A stretch of DNA of 64,000 nucleotides from Octopus vulgaris (GCA_951406725.2 OX597821.1:24676001-24740000); one strand, 5' to 3'. Positions 15,837 to 29,187 are shown, numbered from the stretch's first letter. Program-made: numbers and translations. The notes: generated by a model not told the origin, from the sequence alone.

Positions 15837-15984
15837 AGAGAGAGAGAGAGTGAGAGTGAGAGAGAGAGAGAGAGGAGAAAGACAGGCAGACAGATATACA
15901 GACAGGCACACAGATAGATAGATAGATAGATAGATAGATAGTTACATGAATTAGAGAAGCTAGTGTAGGCAGGTTTTTATAATA

Positions 15985-16024
<40 letters not shown>

Positions 16025-16025
<1 letters not shown>

Positions 16026-16235
16026 GTGACCGCGTGTGTACCGTTGGCGATTTTTTTTCCTCCGTCTTCCCTTCTCTGGATCTTTCCTTTTCCTATGTTT
16101 CTGACGAAGAGCTCCGCTCGAAACGTAAAACCCTCCTTCTTTCCTTCTTTCCGGAGCGTCCAATAATACTATAATTGTTCCACGTCCTCGCGTTGTTGTG
16201 TTTTCTCTTTGTGTTTTCATGTTTGGATTAACTTT
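16025..16235 (+). mobile_element. Penelope-like pseudo-LTR remnant, family H1
   Basis: Carries the hammerhead at 16097-16131. A homologue lies on the minus strand at 44860-45055 and a more distant one at 46620-46825. Flanked by (TA)n. Confidence 0.65.
16097..16131 (+). ncRNA. Minimal type I hammerhead ribozyme motif
   Basis: GUUU-CUGACGA-A-GAGC-ucc-GCUC-GAAAC-GUA-AAAC. Stem I GUUU/AAAC, stem II GAGC/GCUC, palindromic helix III ACGU, GUA cleavage triplet. Confidence 0.8.
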
Positions 16236-16283
16236 ATATATATATATATAGATCTGTATATATTTACATATTTATATATATAT

Positions 16284-16315
<32 letters not shown>

Positions 16316-16380
16316 ATATATATATATATTTATACATATGTATAGATATTTACATATATATATATATATTTATTTATATA

Positions 16381-16412
<32 letters not shown>

Positions 16413-16636
16413 CTTTATTTTAAGCAGCAGAAAATTCAACAAAATCTGTTACTCTGAGTTTCTCGTTGCCGTTCATCAGACAGATTCTAGCAAAAACTGT
16501 CTGATGAACGGCAACGAGAAACTCAGAGTAACAGATTTTGTTGAATTTTCTGCTGCTTAAAATAAAGCATATTACTCTACCACTGGTATTTGAGTACTCT
16601 TTTTTCCACCTTGTTTCACATTTATGTGTTTACTCC

Positions 16637-16640
<4 letters not shown>
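16413..16640. mobile_element. Fold-back element with perfect 71 bp arms and two opposite hammerheads (family H2)
   Basis: Arms 16413-16483 and 16497-16567, 13 nt loop, unique extension to 16640. The extension recurs inverted at about 18778-18845 and the arm recurs at 33769-33840. Confidence 0.85.
16497..16534 (+). ncRNA. Type I hammerhead motif (mirror copy at 16446-16483 on the minus strand)
   Basis: CUGU-CUGAUGA-A-CG-gcaa-CG-A-GAAACUC-a-GAGUA-ACAG. Stem I CUGU/ACAG, short GNRA-capped stem II, stem III ACUC/GAGU, GUA site. Confidence 0.75.
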
Positions 16641-16674
<34 letters not shown>

Positions 16675-16676
16675 AG

Positions 16677-16707
<31 letters not shown>

Positions 16708-17040
16708 TGTATGTATGTATGTATGTATGTATGTATGTATGTATGTATGTATGTATGTATGTATGCGTAAACAAGAACATGCACTGAGAAACTTATGGAA
16801 TATAAAAAAGAGACTAATAAAGAAGAAAGCGAGCGAAACCGCGAGATGCTTCGTTAAATATGCAAAATCTATTTTGAGATAATAAAGTTTTCAAACCATT
16901 TTTTTCTTTCTACATTTTAAATAAACATGCATGCACATATATATGTATACATATATACCAGTATACATACATACATATATATATAAATATATAGATTACA
17001 TATGCGTACATATTTCTCTATATACATATACATGCATGTT

Positions 17041-17107
<67 letters not shown>

Positions 17108-17257
17108 CATTATGTCTCTTCCTTCTCGCTCTCTCTCTCTCCCTATATATATATATATGTTCGTGTGTGTGTGAGGATGTGTGTGTGTGTATATACATGG
17201 ATATATATATTTGCTTATACATATTATTTATATATATATGTGTGTGTGTGTGTGTCT

Positions 17258-17304
17258 CAAAAGATTATGTTCTCAGATCAAAGATCTGAGAACATAATCT
17301 TTTG
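17258..17304. repeat. Perfect hairpin, 22 bp arms, AAA loop
   Basis: CAAAAGATTATGTTCTCAGATC-AAA-GATCTGAGAACATAATCTTTTG. Confidence 0.9.
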
Positions 17305-17373
17305 TGGTGAATGGCGATTTGACGTCTATATCTAGCATGTTGACTGTCCACTTTTCGTGTTCAGTCCTTAATT

Positions 17374-17425
<52 letters not shown>

Positions 17426-17426
17426 A

Positions 17427-17467
<41 letters not shown>

Positions 17468-17695
17468 CATATATATATATATTTATATTTATATATATAT
17501 AAATTTATATATATATATATATATAAATTTATAATAATAAATATTAGGGAATAAATCCAAATTTACAGGGAAAAATCAGATTTAGGATTAAATCCAATTT
17601 TATAGTAAAATATTATATAATATAATTCGAGACAAAACCACTATTTTGCAAAACAAACAAGGAAAGACTTAATCAATACATAAAAATTTTTAATA

Positions 17696-18079
17696 TCTCT
17701 ATATATAAACGGCAGTTTGTCTGTGCGTGTTTCTGTGTGTCTGTTTTCTCGTACCCTCACCCTGACCACGGCTTTCAACCGATTCTGATGAAACTTGACA
17801 CACACATAGCCCAATGTCATAATTCAAAACTAACGCAGCGAAAATTTTGAAAAGTTAACCCCAGTTCTGAAAAAATCGATAAATTCGACATGGGGTCGAG
17901 AATCAAAAAAACAAACCACAGACTGTCTAGGGGACGCAACTCAACCTTTTTTTACTCTCAAAAAAAAATTTACCATAATTTTTTTTCCATTTTTTTGCTA
18001 TTTTTTGGCTATAACTCTCTAAAAATGCTTTATAGTTATTTCCCTTACAAACCTGAGCAACGCCGGGCGATACTGCTAG
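17696..18079 (+). mobile_element. Non-autonomous Helitron
   Basis: 5' TCTCTATATATAAA, 3' hairpin CCTGAGCAACGCCGGG then CGATACTG-CTAG, inserted between A and T with no TSD. Confidence 0.85.
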
Positions 18080-18094
18080 TAAAGAAATAAACCG

Positions 18095-18137
18095 CCACTA
18101 CAATCGTTTCATGTCTTCAATGACATTCGTCAGGTGG
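18095..18137 (-). ncRNA. Canonical type I hammerhead ribozyme motif (family H3)
   Basis: Minus strand: CCAC-CUGACGA-AUGUC-auugaa-GACAU-GAAAC-gauu-GUA-GUGG. Stems I (4 bp) and II (5 bp) fully paired, all core nucleotides canonical. Confidence 0.85.
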
Positions 18138-18162
18138 ATTTTCGATCTCCTAATCTGTTTTA

Positions 18163-18365
<203 letters not shown>

Positions 18366-18385
18366 GTGTATATATATATATATAA

Positions 18386-18454
<69 letters not shown>

Positions 18455-18460
18455 AAAATA

Positions 18461-18760
18461 TGTGGAGGCGCAATGGCCCGGTGGTTAGGGCAGCGGACTC
18501 GCGGTCGTAGGATCGCGGTTTCGATTCCCAGACCGGGCGTTGTGAGTGTTTATTGAGCGAAAACACCAAAAAGCTTCACGAGGCTCCGGCAGGAGGTGGT
18601 GATCCCTGCTGTACTCTTTCACCACTCTTTCTCTCACTCTTTCATCTGTTGGCCTGCTCTTCTGTTGGTGGCGTCGTTCGAAGGCTAAAACAATGTGAAG
18701 TGCATTGTGACCAGCGATGTGTAGCAACATCTGATGGTCTGGTCGGTCATCTGATCATGT
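18461..18760 (+). mobile_element. tRNA-derived SINE type C
   Basis: GGAGGCGCAATGGCCCGGTGGTTAGGGCAGCGGACTCGCGGTCGTAGGATCGCGGTTTCGATTCCC (tRNA-like A/B boxes) followed by a non-tRNA body. Head shared with 30960-31094 and 33070-33255. Confidence 0.85.
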
Positions 18761-19035
18761 GATATATATATATATATACCGGAGTAAGCACATAAATGTG
18801 AAACAGGGTGGAAAAAAGAGTACTCAAATACCAGAGTTAGAGTAAGAACTGTCCGATGACAGCTTTTGTTATATTACTGCTGCTTTTAAATGAAGTATAT
18901 ATATATATACACATCTATATTTATATATATACATATATATATATATATAAATTCATATTTATATATTTATATTTATATATATATAAATTTATATATATAC
19001 ACATATATATATTTATATTTGTATATATAAATTTA

Positions 19036-19069
<34 letters not shown>

Positions 19070-19142
19070 TGTAAGTATATAAATTTATATTTACATATAT
19101 ATAAATTTATATTAATATATATATACATATATATAAATTTAT

Positions 19143-19178
<36 letters not shown>

Positions 19179-19304
19179 TTATATTTATATATATGTATAT
19201 ATACATATAAATTTTTATATATATATAAATATATATATATGTAAATATTTATATATATATATAAATTTAGATATATATATATTCATATATATATATAAAT
19301 TTAA

Positions 19305-19335
<31 letters not shown>

Positions 19336-19361
19336 GATACATATATATATATATATGTATG

Positions 19362-19409
<48 letters not shown>

Positions 19410-19475
19410 TGGTCATTTTATTTTTTATTATTATTTTTTTTGCCAAATAATCACACACACTATATTTCTTTTTTT

Positions 19476-19676
19476 TTCTTCACTGGTATATTACTTTTAT
19501 ATTTAATATTTTAACGCCTGTCCATTGTCCGGATATCTTCTGTCACACATCTATGACCTCTTCATTGACAACGGAAAAGAAAATTGTCGCTGAAGAGGTC
19601 ACAGATATGTGACGAAAGTTTTCTGGATTATGGACAGGCGTTAACATAATAAAATAACAGTAATAAAGGAGTGAAG

Positions 19677-19678
<2 letters not shown>
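19476..19678. mobile_element. Imperfect fold-back element with hammerhead core (family H4)
   Basis: Arms TTCTTCACT...TTAACGCCTGTCCAT...GACCTCTTCA and TGAAGAGGTC...ATGGACAGGCGTTAA...AGTGAAGAA. CTGAAGA-G-GTCAC-agatat-GTGAC-GAAA at 19590-19617. Confidence 0.7.
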
Positions 19679-19735
<57 letters not shown>

Positions 19736-19773
19736 GTATGTATGAATACATAGATATATGTATGTATGTATAC

Positions 19774-19833
<60 letters not shown>

Positions 19834-19871
19834 GTATGTATGAATACATAGATATATGTATGTATGTATAC

Positions 19872-19928
<57 letters not shown>

Positions 19929-20045
19929 CATATATATATGTACATACATACATACATACATACATACATACATACATACATGTGTATCGCTCTATATATA
20001 CATATCATACAACTAAATATATTTGTGTGTGTATTATCACACACG

Positions 20046-20105
<60 letters not shown>

Positions 20106-20471
20106 TATATCACTTAGGTTAGGATTTGACTAATATTGGCCCAGAACATGTCTAAGTCTATTTTAGCATAGTCATAAGTCTTGAAATTTTCGAGGCGGTA
20201 TTAAGTCGATTACATTGACCCCAGCGCTGAACTAGTACAAATCAACCGTTCTATGATAAAAGGCAAGGTCGACCTCGGCTGAGTTTCAATTCTGAGAGAA
20301 AGGCCGAAAAGCATTTCGTCCGGTGTAGTAACGGCTCTTAATAACACCATCTAAAAGTAGTGTCCTAATCATGTTTTAGCTCATCATGGACTTCTCGTGC
20401 TGACCAGGTGTATCTGGGTGACTCGTAACCTTCATGTGAGCATCGTTTCAACAGCGACGGCACTTTTGAAA

Positions 20472-20521
<50 letters not shown>

Positions 20522-20633
20522 GCATATGTGTGTGTATGTGTGTGAATACGTACGTGCACACCTTGGTGTACGTCTTTGTCCCAACCATATATGTATATGT
20601 GTATATATGTACATATATATACCTATATATATT

Positions 20634-20671
<38 letters not shown>

Positions 20672-20903
20672 TTTAACAATTAAGGATAATCTCTTAATAA
20701 GGGATCTTAACAAGAAATTATCGGGTAGTTAGCGTGAAAACCTCATAAAAGAAAAGAATTCGAAAATATTTTTTTCTTTTGAACAAATTAATTATATCTA
20801 TATTGTATAGAGGGCATTATTACACATAAATGCCTCACACTAAGAGGGACAAAGTCATTACTACCAAAATTATACTAATCATACCTAAATGCAGTTTTTC
20901 AAA

Positions 20904-20939
<36 letters not shown>

Positions 20940-21034
20940 GTATATATATATATATACACACATATATACGTATGTAAATATATGTATATACGTATATATA
21001 TATATATAAATACATAGGTACATATATATATATA

Positions 21035-21405
21035 CTAGCAGTATCGCCCGGCGTTGCTCAGGTTTGTAAGGGAAATAACTATAAAGCATTTTTAGAGAGT
21101 TATAGCCAAAAAATATCAAAAAAATTATGGTAAATTTTTTTTTGAGTTAAAAAAGGTTGAGTTGCGTCCCCTAGACAGTCTGTGGTTTGTTTCTGATTCT
21201 CGACCCCATGTCGATTTTATCGATTTTTTTCAGAACTGGGGGAACTTTTCAAAATTTTCGCTGCGTTAGTTTTGAATTATGACATTGGGCTATGTGTGTG
21301 TCAAGTTTCATCAGAATCGGTTGAAAGCCGTGGTCAGGGTGAGGGTACAAGCAAACAGACACACAGAAACACGCACAGACAAACTGCCGTTTATATATAG
21401 AGAGA
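21035..21405 (-). mobile_element. Non-autonomous Helitron, near-identical to 17696-18079
   Basis: CTAGCAGTATCGCCCGGCGTTGCTCAGG at the left end and TTTATATATAGAGA at the right end. Colinear reverse complement of the first copy. Confidence 0.85.
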
Positions 21406-21455
21406 TGTATATACATATGTATATGTATCTCTCTCTCTCTTTCTCTCTCTCTCTT

Positions 21456-21490
<35 letters not shown>

Positions 21491-21504
21491 CTCTCTCTCT
21501 GAAG

Positions 21505-21805
21505 AGTACAACTGTCGAGCAAATCTGTAATTAAGATAGTTCCGCTGACCTCCCTGAGTAGGGAGGAGCGAGCCTGTTTTCTCTCGGTAGTTTCTGTGGC
21601 GAAAGAGGTAGACGAGAGTGTGTGGAAGACGAGAGGGAAAGGAATTGCAACAGGCATGTTCATCTCCAGTCTCGAACTAATCCACTTTTTCGTTTTCCAG
21701 AGGAAACGAAAAATAATGCTGGAGAGGAATTGCTTGTCGCAAAGTGTGTTTCGTAAAAGATGGGAGTCTATAGCAAGTATGTTGCGAGTGAAAGAACCTG
21801 TTTAA
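21505..21805 (+). pseudogene. Diverged 3' end of a Tx1/L1-clade ORF2
   Basis: VSVAKEV...WKTRGKG...LIHFFVFQRKRKIMLER...FRKRW aligns with the C-terminus of the 10424 LINE (VAVAKYV...TRLKG...LINFFKFHLKRKLGVER...RW). Confidence 0.65.
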
Positions 21806-21806
21806 A

Positions 21807-22256
21807 TCATCATCATCATCATCGTTTAACGTCCGTTCTCCATGCTAGCATGTGTTGGACGGTTCGACCGGGCACCTGGGAAGCCAGAAGGCTGCACCAG
21901 GCTCCAGTCTGATCTGGCAGTGTTTCTACAGCTGGATGCCCTTCCTAACGCCAACCACTCCGAGAGAGTAGTGGGTGCTTTTTACGTGCCAGGCGAGGCT
22001 GGCAACGGCCACGATCGGAATGGTGCTTTTTACGTGCCACCGGCACGGAAGCCAGTCTAGGCGGCACTGGCATCAGCCACGTTCGGATGGTGCTTTTTAC
22101 GTGTCACCGGCACGGAAGCCAGTCTAGTCTTCGCTGGCATCGGCCACGTTCGGATGGTGCTTTTTACGTGCCACCGCCACAGGGATCACAACTGCAGTTC
22201 CCATTGATCTTTGATGTTGGTGTCCTTGACTCAATGGATCTCCTCAAGCACAGGGT
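21807..22256 (-). mobile_element. RTE-like retroposon 3' end with (GAT)n tail and internal ~67 bp tandem repeat
   Basis: Minus strand has GGTTGGCGTTAGGAAGGGCATCCAGCTGTAGAAAC and ends CGTTAAACGATGATGATG. GGTGCTTTTTACGTG recurs at about 21974, 22022, 22089 and 22156. Confidence 0.65.
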
Positions 22257-22424
22257 CAAAACGGTGTTTCTTTACTTGGAGAAAGGAGAAAGCAAAGTTT
22301 TCAGTGTGAGTATGTGGTTTGTGGGGTCGACCGTGTCCTCCGTTTCATTTTTTGTAAATCTCTCATTCTCATTTAATTGTTTATATTTTAATTGTTTGTT
22401 TCGATACCCTGACCCCAATGTTTG

Positions 22425-22465
<41 letters not shown>

Positions 22466-22474
22466 TATATTCTT

Positions 22475-23060
22475 TTATTCTTTATTTGTTTCAGTCATTT
22501 GACAGCGGCCATGCTGGAGTACCACCTTTTGTCGAGCAAATCGACTCCGGGACTTATTCTTTGTAAGCCTAGTACTTATTCTATCAGTCTCTATCTATCT
22601 GTCAAGCGGTATTGGGGCACAAGCACAGACACACAAACACACAAACACACACACACACACATACATATATATATATGCTTCTTTCAATTTCCGCCTACCA
22701 AACCAACTCACAAGGGTTTGGTCGGCCCGAGGCTATGGTAGAAGACACTTGCCCAACGTGCCACGCAGTGGGACTGAACCCTGATCCATCTGGTTGGTAA
22801 GTATGCTATTTACCACACAGCCACTCCTGCGCCTATATATATGTCCGTGTATATATTTGTGTGTCTGTGTTTGTTCCCCCGACATTGCTTGACAACCGAT
22901 GCCGGTTTATTTACGTCCCCGTAACATAGTGGTTCGGTAACAAGTGCCCGGTAGAATAAGTACTAGGCTTACAAAGAATAAGTCCTAGGATTGATTTCTT
23001 CGGTTAAAGGCGGTACTCCAGCATGGCTGCAGTCAAATAGCTGAAACAAAAGAATAAAAG
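22475..23060. mobile_element. SINE type B pair: minus copy 22475-22833, plus 3' half 22845-23060
   Basis: Same diagnostic motifs as 8810-9208, in both orientations. Confidence 0.85.
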
Positions 23061-23066
23061 AATATA

Positions 23067-23128
<62 letters not shown>

Positions 23129-23300
23129 TATACATATATATATATATACATACATATATATATATATACATATATATGTATATATACATATATATATATA
23201 CATATACATATTTACATATACATATACATATACATATTTACATATACATATACATATATATATACATATATATATGTACATATATATATATATTTACATA

Positions 23301-23384
<84 letters not shown>

Positions 23385-23507
23385 CGTACATATATATATA
23401 TATATATATATACGTACATATATATATATATATACATATATATATATGTACATATATGTATGTACATATATATATACATATAAATATATATGTATATACA
23501 TATGTAC

Positions 23508-23540
<33 letters not shown>

Positions 23541-23543
23541 CGT

Positions 23544-23596
<53 letters not shown>

Positions 23597-24106
23597 CATA
23601 CATGTATATATACATATATATATAGTATTTGCCTTCTTTCTCATACTACTCCTTCCCCTTACTTTGTCTATCATCACTTCCCCCTCCCTCATTAAATATT
23701 GTCTCCAACAAGTGAGAGTGAGGGAGGGAGGAAGGAGGCGGCTGCACTCCTCAGCCGGCGACAAACGTTTTCGTTGTATTGTCGATACAAACGTGACCCC
23801 TGTGAGAGTCCTCAAGCAATTATTACGGGGCCGTTCCCTTGGTCCTTAAGAGGTAATGTCAATTGGCAGGGGGGTGTTGGGTGTGTATAAGCGTTGGGTC
23901 CTTGACGTCCCACCATTCATATTCGGCCACTGACCTCCGACTCTCGCTCAAAGTTTTATCTGTTTTTAACCCTTCCACCACTGACATCATTATCGCCATC
24001 ACTATTATTTCATTTCTCTTCCTCATACTTCTTGATCATCAGCAATACTACCATTATCATCAACACCGTTGTCAACATCGTCATCGTCGTCGTTCTTTGT
24101 CGTGTA

Positions 24107-24605
24107 CTAGCAGTATCGCCCGGCGTTGCTCGGGTTTGTAAGGGAAATAACTATATAAGCATTTTTAGAGAGTTATAGCCAAAAAATAGCAAAAAATGCA
24201 TTAAAAATGGGGAAAAAAATTATGGTAAATTTTTTTTTTAAGTCGTTGACTCATCGTAGACATTTTTAGAGAGTTACTTCCCTTATATAATAGCGAAAAA
24301 TGCATTAAAATGGAAAAGTATGATGGTAAATTTTTTTTTAAATTGTTGACTCATCGTAGACATTTTTAGAGAGTTACTTCCCTTATATAATATCGAAAAA
24401 AATGCATTAAAATGGAAAAAAATGATGGTAAATGTTTTTTAAATCGTAGACTCATCGTAGACGCGCGCTAATACCCAGAAGGGCTCGATATGAATCACGA
24501 CTATAAGATACCCGGTTTTGGTTAAGCTGCACCGCAAAATGTGGGAGTAGTTAGGAATCTAAATCGTAGGAGACAGGCACACAACTTCACTTTTATATAT
24601 AAAGA
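24107..24605 (-). mobile_element. Non-autonomous Helitron, second subfamily with ~98 bp internal tandem repeats
   Basis: Same 3' end (CCCGAGCAACGCCGGG-CGATACTG-CTAG) but a different 5' end (TCTTTATATATAAAAGTG). A|T insertion site. Three CATTTTTAGAGAGTTA...GACTCATCGTAGAC units in 24160-24462. Confidence 0.85.
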
Positions 24606-24869
24606 TTATTATCATCATCATAACCATCGTCACAATCATTATCCTTATCAGCCACAACATTGCTTCCTTCTACATCACCAACACCATTACAACAATGAAT
24701 AACCAGTCTGAATTTATAAATTATCATCCACTATTGCTATTGCTAACTTTCTCGGGTGTTATTGCCAAGGTTGTTTATCTTCTGTGCGCAAAATTTCAAA
24801 AAGCACGTCAAATCTGAGCGTTCCTTGCAATACTGTGTTGCTACAAATGTTGCTAATATTAACGTACCT

Positions 24870-25106
24870 GAAGGCAGTGAACTTGTAGAATCGTTAGCAC
24901 GCCGGGCGAATTACTCCACGGCATTTCGTATATACTCTTTTACTCTTTTACTTGTTTCAGTCATTTGACTGCGGCTATGGTGGAGCACCACCTTATTCTA
25001 TCAGCCTCTTTTGCCGAACCGCTAAGTTACGGGGACGTAAACTCACCAGCATCGGTTGTCAAGCGATGTTTGGGTGGGGGACAAACACAGACACACAAAC
25101 ACACAA

Positions 25107-25152
<46 letters not shown>

Positions 25153-25922
25153 ACACATATACATATAAATATATACGACGGGCTTCTTTCAGTTTCTGTC
25201 TACCAAATCCACTCACAAGGCTTTGGTCGGTCCGAGGCTATAGTAGAAGATACTTGCCCAAGGTACCACGCAGTGGAACTGAACCCGGAACCATGTGGCT
25301 GGTAAGCAAGCTACTTACCACACAGCCACTCCTACGCCTATCTTTACGTTCTCATGTCAAATTCCGCGAAGGTCAACGCAGCCTTTCGTCACTTTCAGGG
25401 TCGATAAAACAAGTACCTGCTGATTTAATTAACTTATCCAATTCCCCAAAATTGCTGGCCTTGTGCCAAAATTTGAAATCAATATCAATCTACTTAAGGC
25501 GGTGAGCTGGCAGAATATATAATGCTTAGTGATATTTTTCTCCCGTCTTTACATTCTAATATCAAGTTTCGCCAAGGTCGACTTTGCCTTTCATCTTTTC
25601 GGGGTCGATGAAATAATTATCAGTCGAAGACTGCGGTCGATATAATCGACTTAACCCTTCTCCCGAACTTCCTTGCCTTGTGCCAAAATTCGAAACCAAT
25701 ATTAATGTACATGAAGAAAGCAGAATAGTTAGCAGGCCGGGCGAAATGCTTAGTGCCATTTTGTCCTTCTTTACGATCTTAGCTCAAATTGAACCGGGGC
25801 CGACTGTGATTTTCAATCTTTCGGTATCTATAAAATAAGTAGCAGTTGAGCACTGCAGACGATTTAATAGACTTAGCCCCTCTCTCAACATTGCTGGCCT
25901 TGCGTCAAAATTTGAGACCAAT
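24870..25922 (+). mobile_element. Three tandem SINE type A copies, the first split by a SINE type B insertion
   Basis: Type A head at 24870-24930 resumes at about 25341 after the type B copy. Further copies at about 25496-25700 and 25712-25922. Confidence 0.8.
24934..25340 (-). mobile_element. SINE type B nested in SINE type A
   Basis: Full type B motif set ending CACAGCCACTCCTACGCCT. Confidence 0.85.
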
Positions 25923-26082
25923 ATCAGTGTACTTGAAGACGGCCAAGAGTCAAAACGATCGTAGTGCGAAATATTAGATAAAAAAAGATACATGTACACG
26001 CACACACACACACACACACATGTAAAGAAAATAAGGATGAAAACATTCAGTCTATCTATGTATGTATCTATCTATCTCTCTA

Positions 26083-26135
<53 letters not shown>

Positions 26136-27149
26136 CATGCATTATTTATTATATATATCTGATACTCAGATACTGTATGGGTACACCATATGAGAATAAT
26201 TGACAACGACTAAACCACATTTCGTGAAGACGTGAAAATATGCCTTTTACATCTGTTTCTGAGGACATGAAAATGTAGCTCTTACATCTATTGCTGTTTT
26301 AATCGCCGAAGATATTGCTGTTCTAGCTTGGCTTTTATTGTTGCTATTGTTATCATTAAAGTGACCTTACTTGCACATAAAAATAATGTTATCGCAGTTC
26401 TTGTTAATGATTTAGCTTGTGTATGTGCAGTCATTCATGTTGCTATCGATACAATTGCTATTTCTGTGCTAGATACAAATGATCTTGGCAATGATAATAC
26501 TCTCCCATCCCTTTGTCGAGTATACCGCCACTACTCTATCTATTCCTATTGTTACAACTAGTCTTTTTACAGTTATATTTATGGAAATAACTTTTACAAA
26601 TATAGTTCTTGTCTTTTTGCTTTTCTTTGTTTTTTGCTTGTATGCTTTTTTGTTTGTTTTTTTTGCCTTTTTTCTGTTAGTATACCAATTGCTGCTATTG
26701 TAAATGTTGCGAATGCTGGTAGTCTCTCGTAGTCCGAGAAAGACAGTTCTGCAATTTCTTGCTAATCAACCTGCAAAAATGATTACTCTTTAGTGATCAA
26801 ATGTTTTTTTTGCTTTTTTTTTTTACTTTAGCTCACTCCTTCCAACCAGTCAACATTGGCTGAATAGGTGCACGGTGTACAATGTGTCAGGTGTCAAAGT
26901 GATGGCAGAGTGACATGAAATGAAGTGTTTTGCACATGAACATAACTCAGCATCCGGTTGCAACACCCAAACCACTGGGCCATACGCCCTCCATCCATCA
27001 ATCCATCCATCCATACAAGCATGCATACATACATGCATGCGTGCATACATACATACGTACGTACGTACATGCATGCATGCATGCATGCATACATACATAC
27101 ATGCATCAATACATACATACATACATACGTACATACATACGTACATATA

Positions 27150-27464
27150 TACTCTTTACTCTTTCACTGCGGCCATGCTGGAGTACCACCTTTAGCCGAA
27201 GAAATCAATCCCAGGACTTATTCTTTAGTTACAGGGACGTAAACACTCCAACATCCGTCATCAAGCGATGGTGGGGCGGGACAAACAGACACACAAATAT
27301 AAACACAGACACACAAATACATATATATACGACGGGTTTTTTTTTCAGTTTCTGTCTACCAAATCCACTCACAAGACACTCGCACAAGGTGCCACGCAGT
27401 GGAACTGAACCCGGAACCATGTGGTTGGGAAGCAAGCTTCTTACCACACAGCCGCTCCCGCGCC

Positions 27465-27465
<1 letters not shown>
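27150..27465 (-). mobile_element. SINE type B with internal deletions
   Basis: GCGGCCATGCTGGAGTACC...AAGGTGCCACGCAGTGGAACTGAACCCGGAACCATGTGG. Confidence 0.8.
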
Positions 27466-27557
<92 letters not shown>

Positions 27558-27562
<5 letters not shown>

Positions 27563-27858
27563 TTGGGGCAGAGAGGACGGACGTTTTCGAAATGGCTATT
27601 ACTCATCTCCAGGGGAGGGGATATGTCTGACAGTTACCATTCCGTCCTTTGTTTTTTACCTTTTTTCTTTCTTTTCAGGTGAAGCCATGGCACTGTGGAC
27701 GATAGACCATCGCGTGTTTGTTTACGACAGTTAGGTGAAAAATAACGAGTCAGTCACAGCAGCTCAGCATGAGTTTCAGCGCCACTTCAACACACCGAAA
27801 TCAGGCCATTCCCAACCGTAACAAAATCTTACGCTGGGTGAATGCACTTCGTACACGA
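27558..27858 (+). mobile_element. Tc1/mariner-superfamily 5' fragment with DUF4817-like N-terminal HTH remnant
   Basis: From ATG at 27688: MALWTIDHRVFVYDS*VKNNESVTAAQHEFQRHFN...PTRNKILRWVNALRT, like the HRxF...NNES...QRxFRRHF...TILRWV pattern. Begins after TA and is cut off by a SINE B 3' end at about 27860-27948. Confidence 0.7.
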
Positions 27859-28002
27859 ATGAGTCCTGGGGTCGATTTGCTCGACTAAAAGCGGTGCTCC
27901 AGCATGGCCGCAGTCGAATGACTGAAACAAGTAAAAGAATAAAAGAATATGTATGTAAACACACATACATACTTACAAGTGTATGTATGTGTGTGTGTTT
28001 GT

Positions 28003-28305
28003 GAAGGTGCGTGGCTTAGTTCTTAGGGTATGCGGTACACCATCGTGTGTTCGATTCTCGACGGTGGGTTGTGTCCTTAAACTGGACACTTTATTTACAT
28101 TGCTCCAGTCCACTCCGCTGGCAAAGATGAAAAGTACTTGTATTTCAAAAGGCCAGCCTTGTCATAGTGTGTTACGCTGAATCTTTCCGAAGAACTACGT
28201 TAAAGGTACACGTGTCTGTGGAGTGCTCAACCAAATGCACGTCAATTTTACGAGCAGGTTGACGGGTTCAATTGGAACGTTCATCATCGTAACCGGTGGA
28301 GTGCA
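28003..28305 (+). mobile_element. SINE type D
   Basis: AAGGTGCGTGGCTTAG...TTGCTCCAGTCCACTC...GAACTACGTTAAAGGTACACGTGTCTGTGGAGTGCTCA. Confidence 0.75.
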
Positions 28306-28325
28306 AGTTTATACGTTCTTACATA

Positions 28326-28406
<81 letters not shown>

Positions 28407-29187
28407 CTGTGCGGTAAGTAGCTTGTTACTCAATGATATATATACTCTTTGCTCTTTTACTCTTTTACTTGTTTCAGTCATTGGACTGTGGCCCACCAGG
28501 AGAGTACCTTCCGATGATTAATCGAACAAATCGACCTCATTGATTATCTTTTTAAGTCTGGTACTTATTCTGTTGATTTCCGATTCGCTAAGTCACGGCA
28601 ACAAAAATAACCCATCAGAAGTTGCTAAGCATTGGTAGGGAACTAACACAAAGACAATCAAGCATACATGCGATGGGCTTCCACACAGTTTCCATCAACC
28701 AAATTCACATGCAAATCGGCACGGAGTCGTAGCAGAAGGCACCTCCCCAAAGTACAGTACAATAGGACTTCCTCCGAAATCATGTCTGAAAGGCCAGCAT
28801 CTTAACCATACACCTACATCTGCGCGCGTGCACGCACGCACACGCACACGCACATACATGCACACATACATACAGACAGACAGATAGACATACATACATA
28901 CATACATACATACATACATACATACATACATACATACATACGTACATACATACACTTCTTCAGTCTGCGGAGAAATAGCTAGAATTTGCCCGGTTTATAA
29001 TTATACCATATGTTACATATTCATTATATAATACCTTGATACTTTGCCTTTCATCCTTTCGGGGTCGATAAATAAAGTACCAGTTTCGCACTGGGGCCGA
29101 TGTAATCGACTTAATCCCTTCGTCTGTCCTTGTTTGTCCCCTCTATGTTTAGCCTCTTGTGGGCAGTAAAGAAATATATATATATAT

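Noticed and set aside
17785-17800. CTGATGAAAC as a hammerhead core
   Set aside because: No stem II between CUGAUGA and GAAA. It is part of the Helitron body.
18463-18540. Apparent tRNA gene
   Set aside because: The tRNA-like head runs into a SINE body and recurs in other SINE copies. No clean acceptor stem or terminator.
21970-22180. CRISPR-like repeat-spacer array
   Set aside because: The spacers resemble each other, so it is a tandem repeat. It lies inside a retroposon 3' region in eukaryotic DNA with no cas genes.
23740-23780. Minus-strand GAAA...GTC...CTGAGGA in type II order
   Set aside because: Only 5 nt are available for stem I, and stem II has no complementarity.
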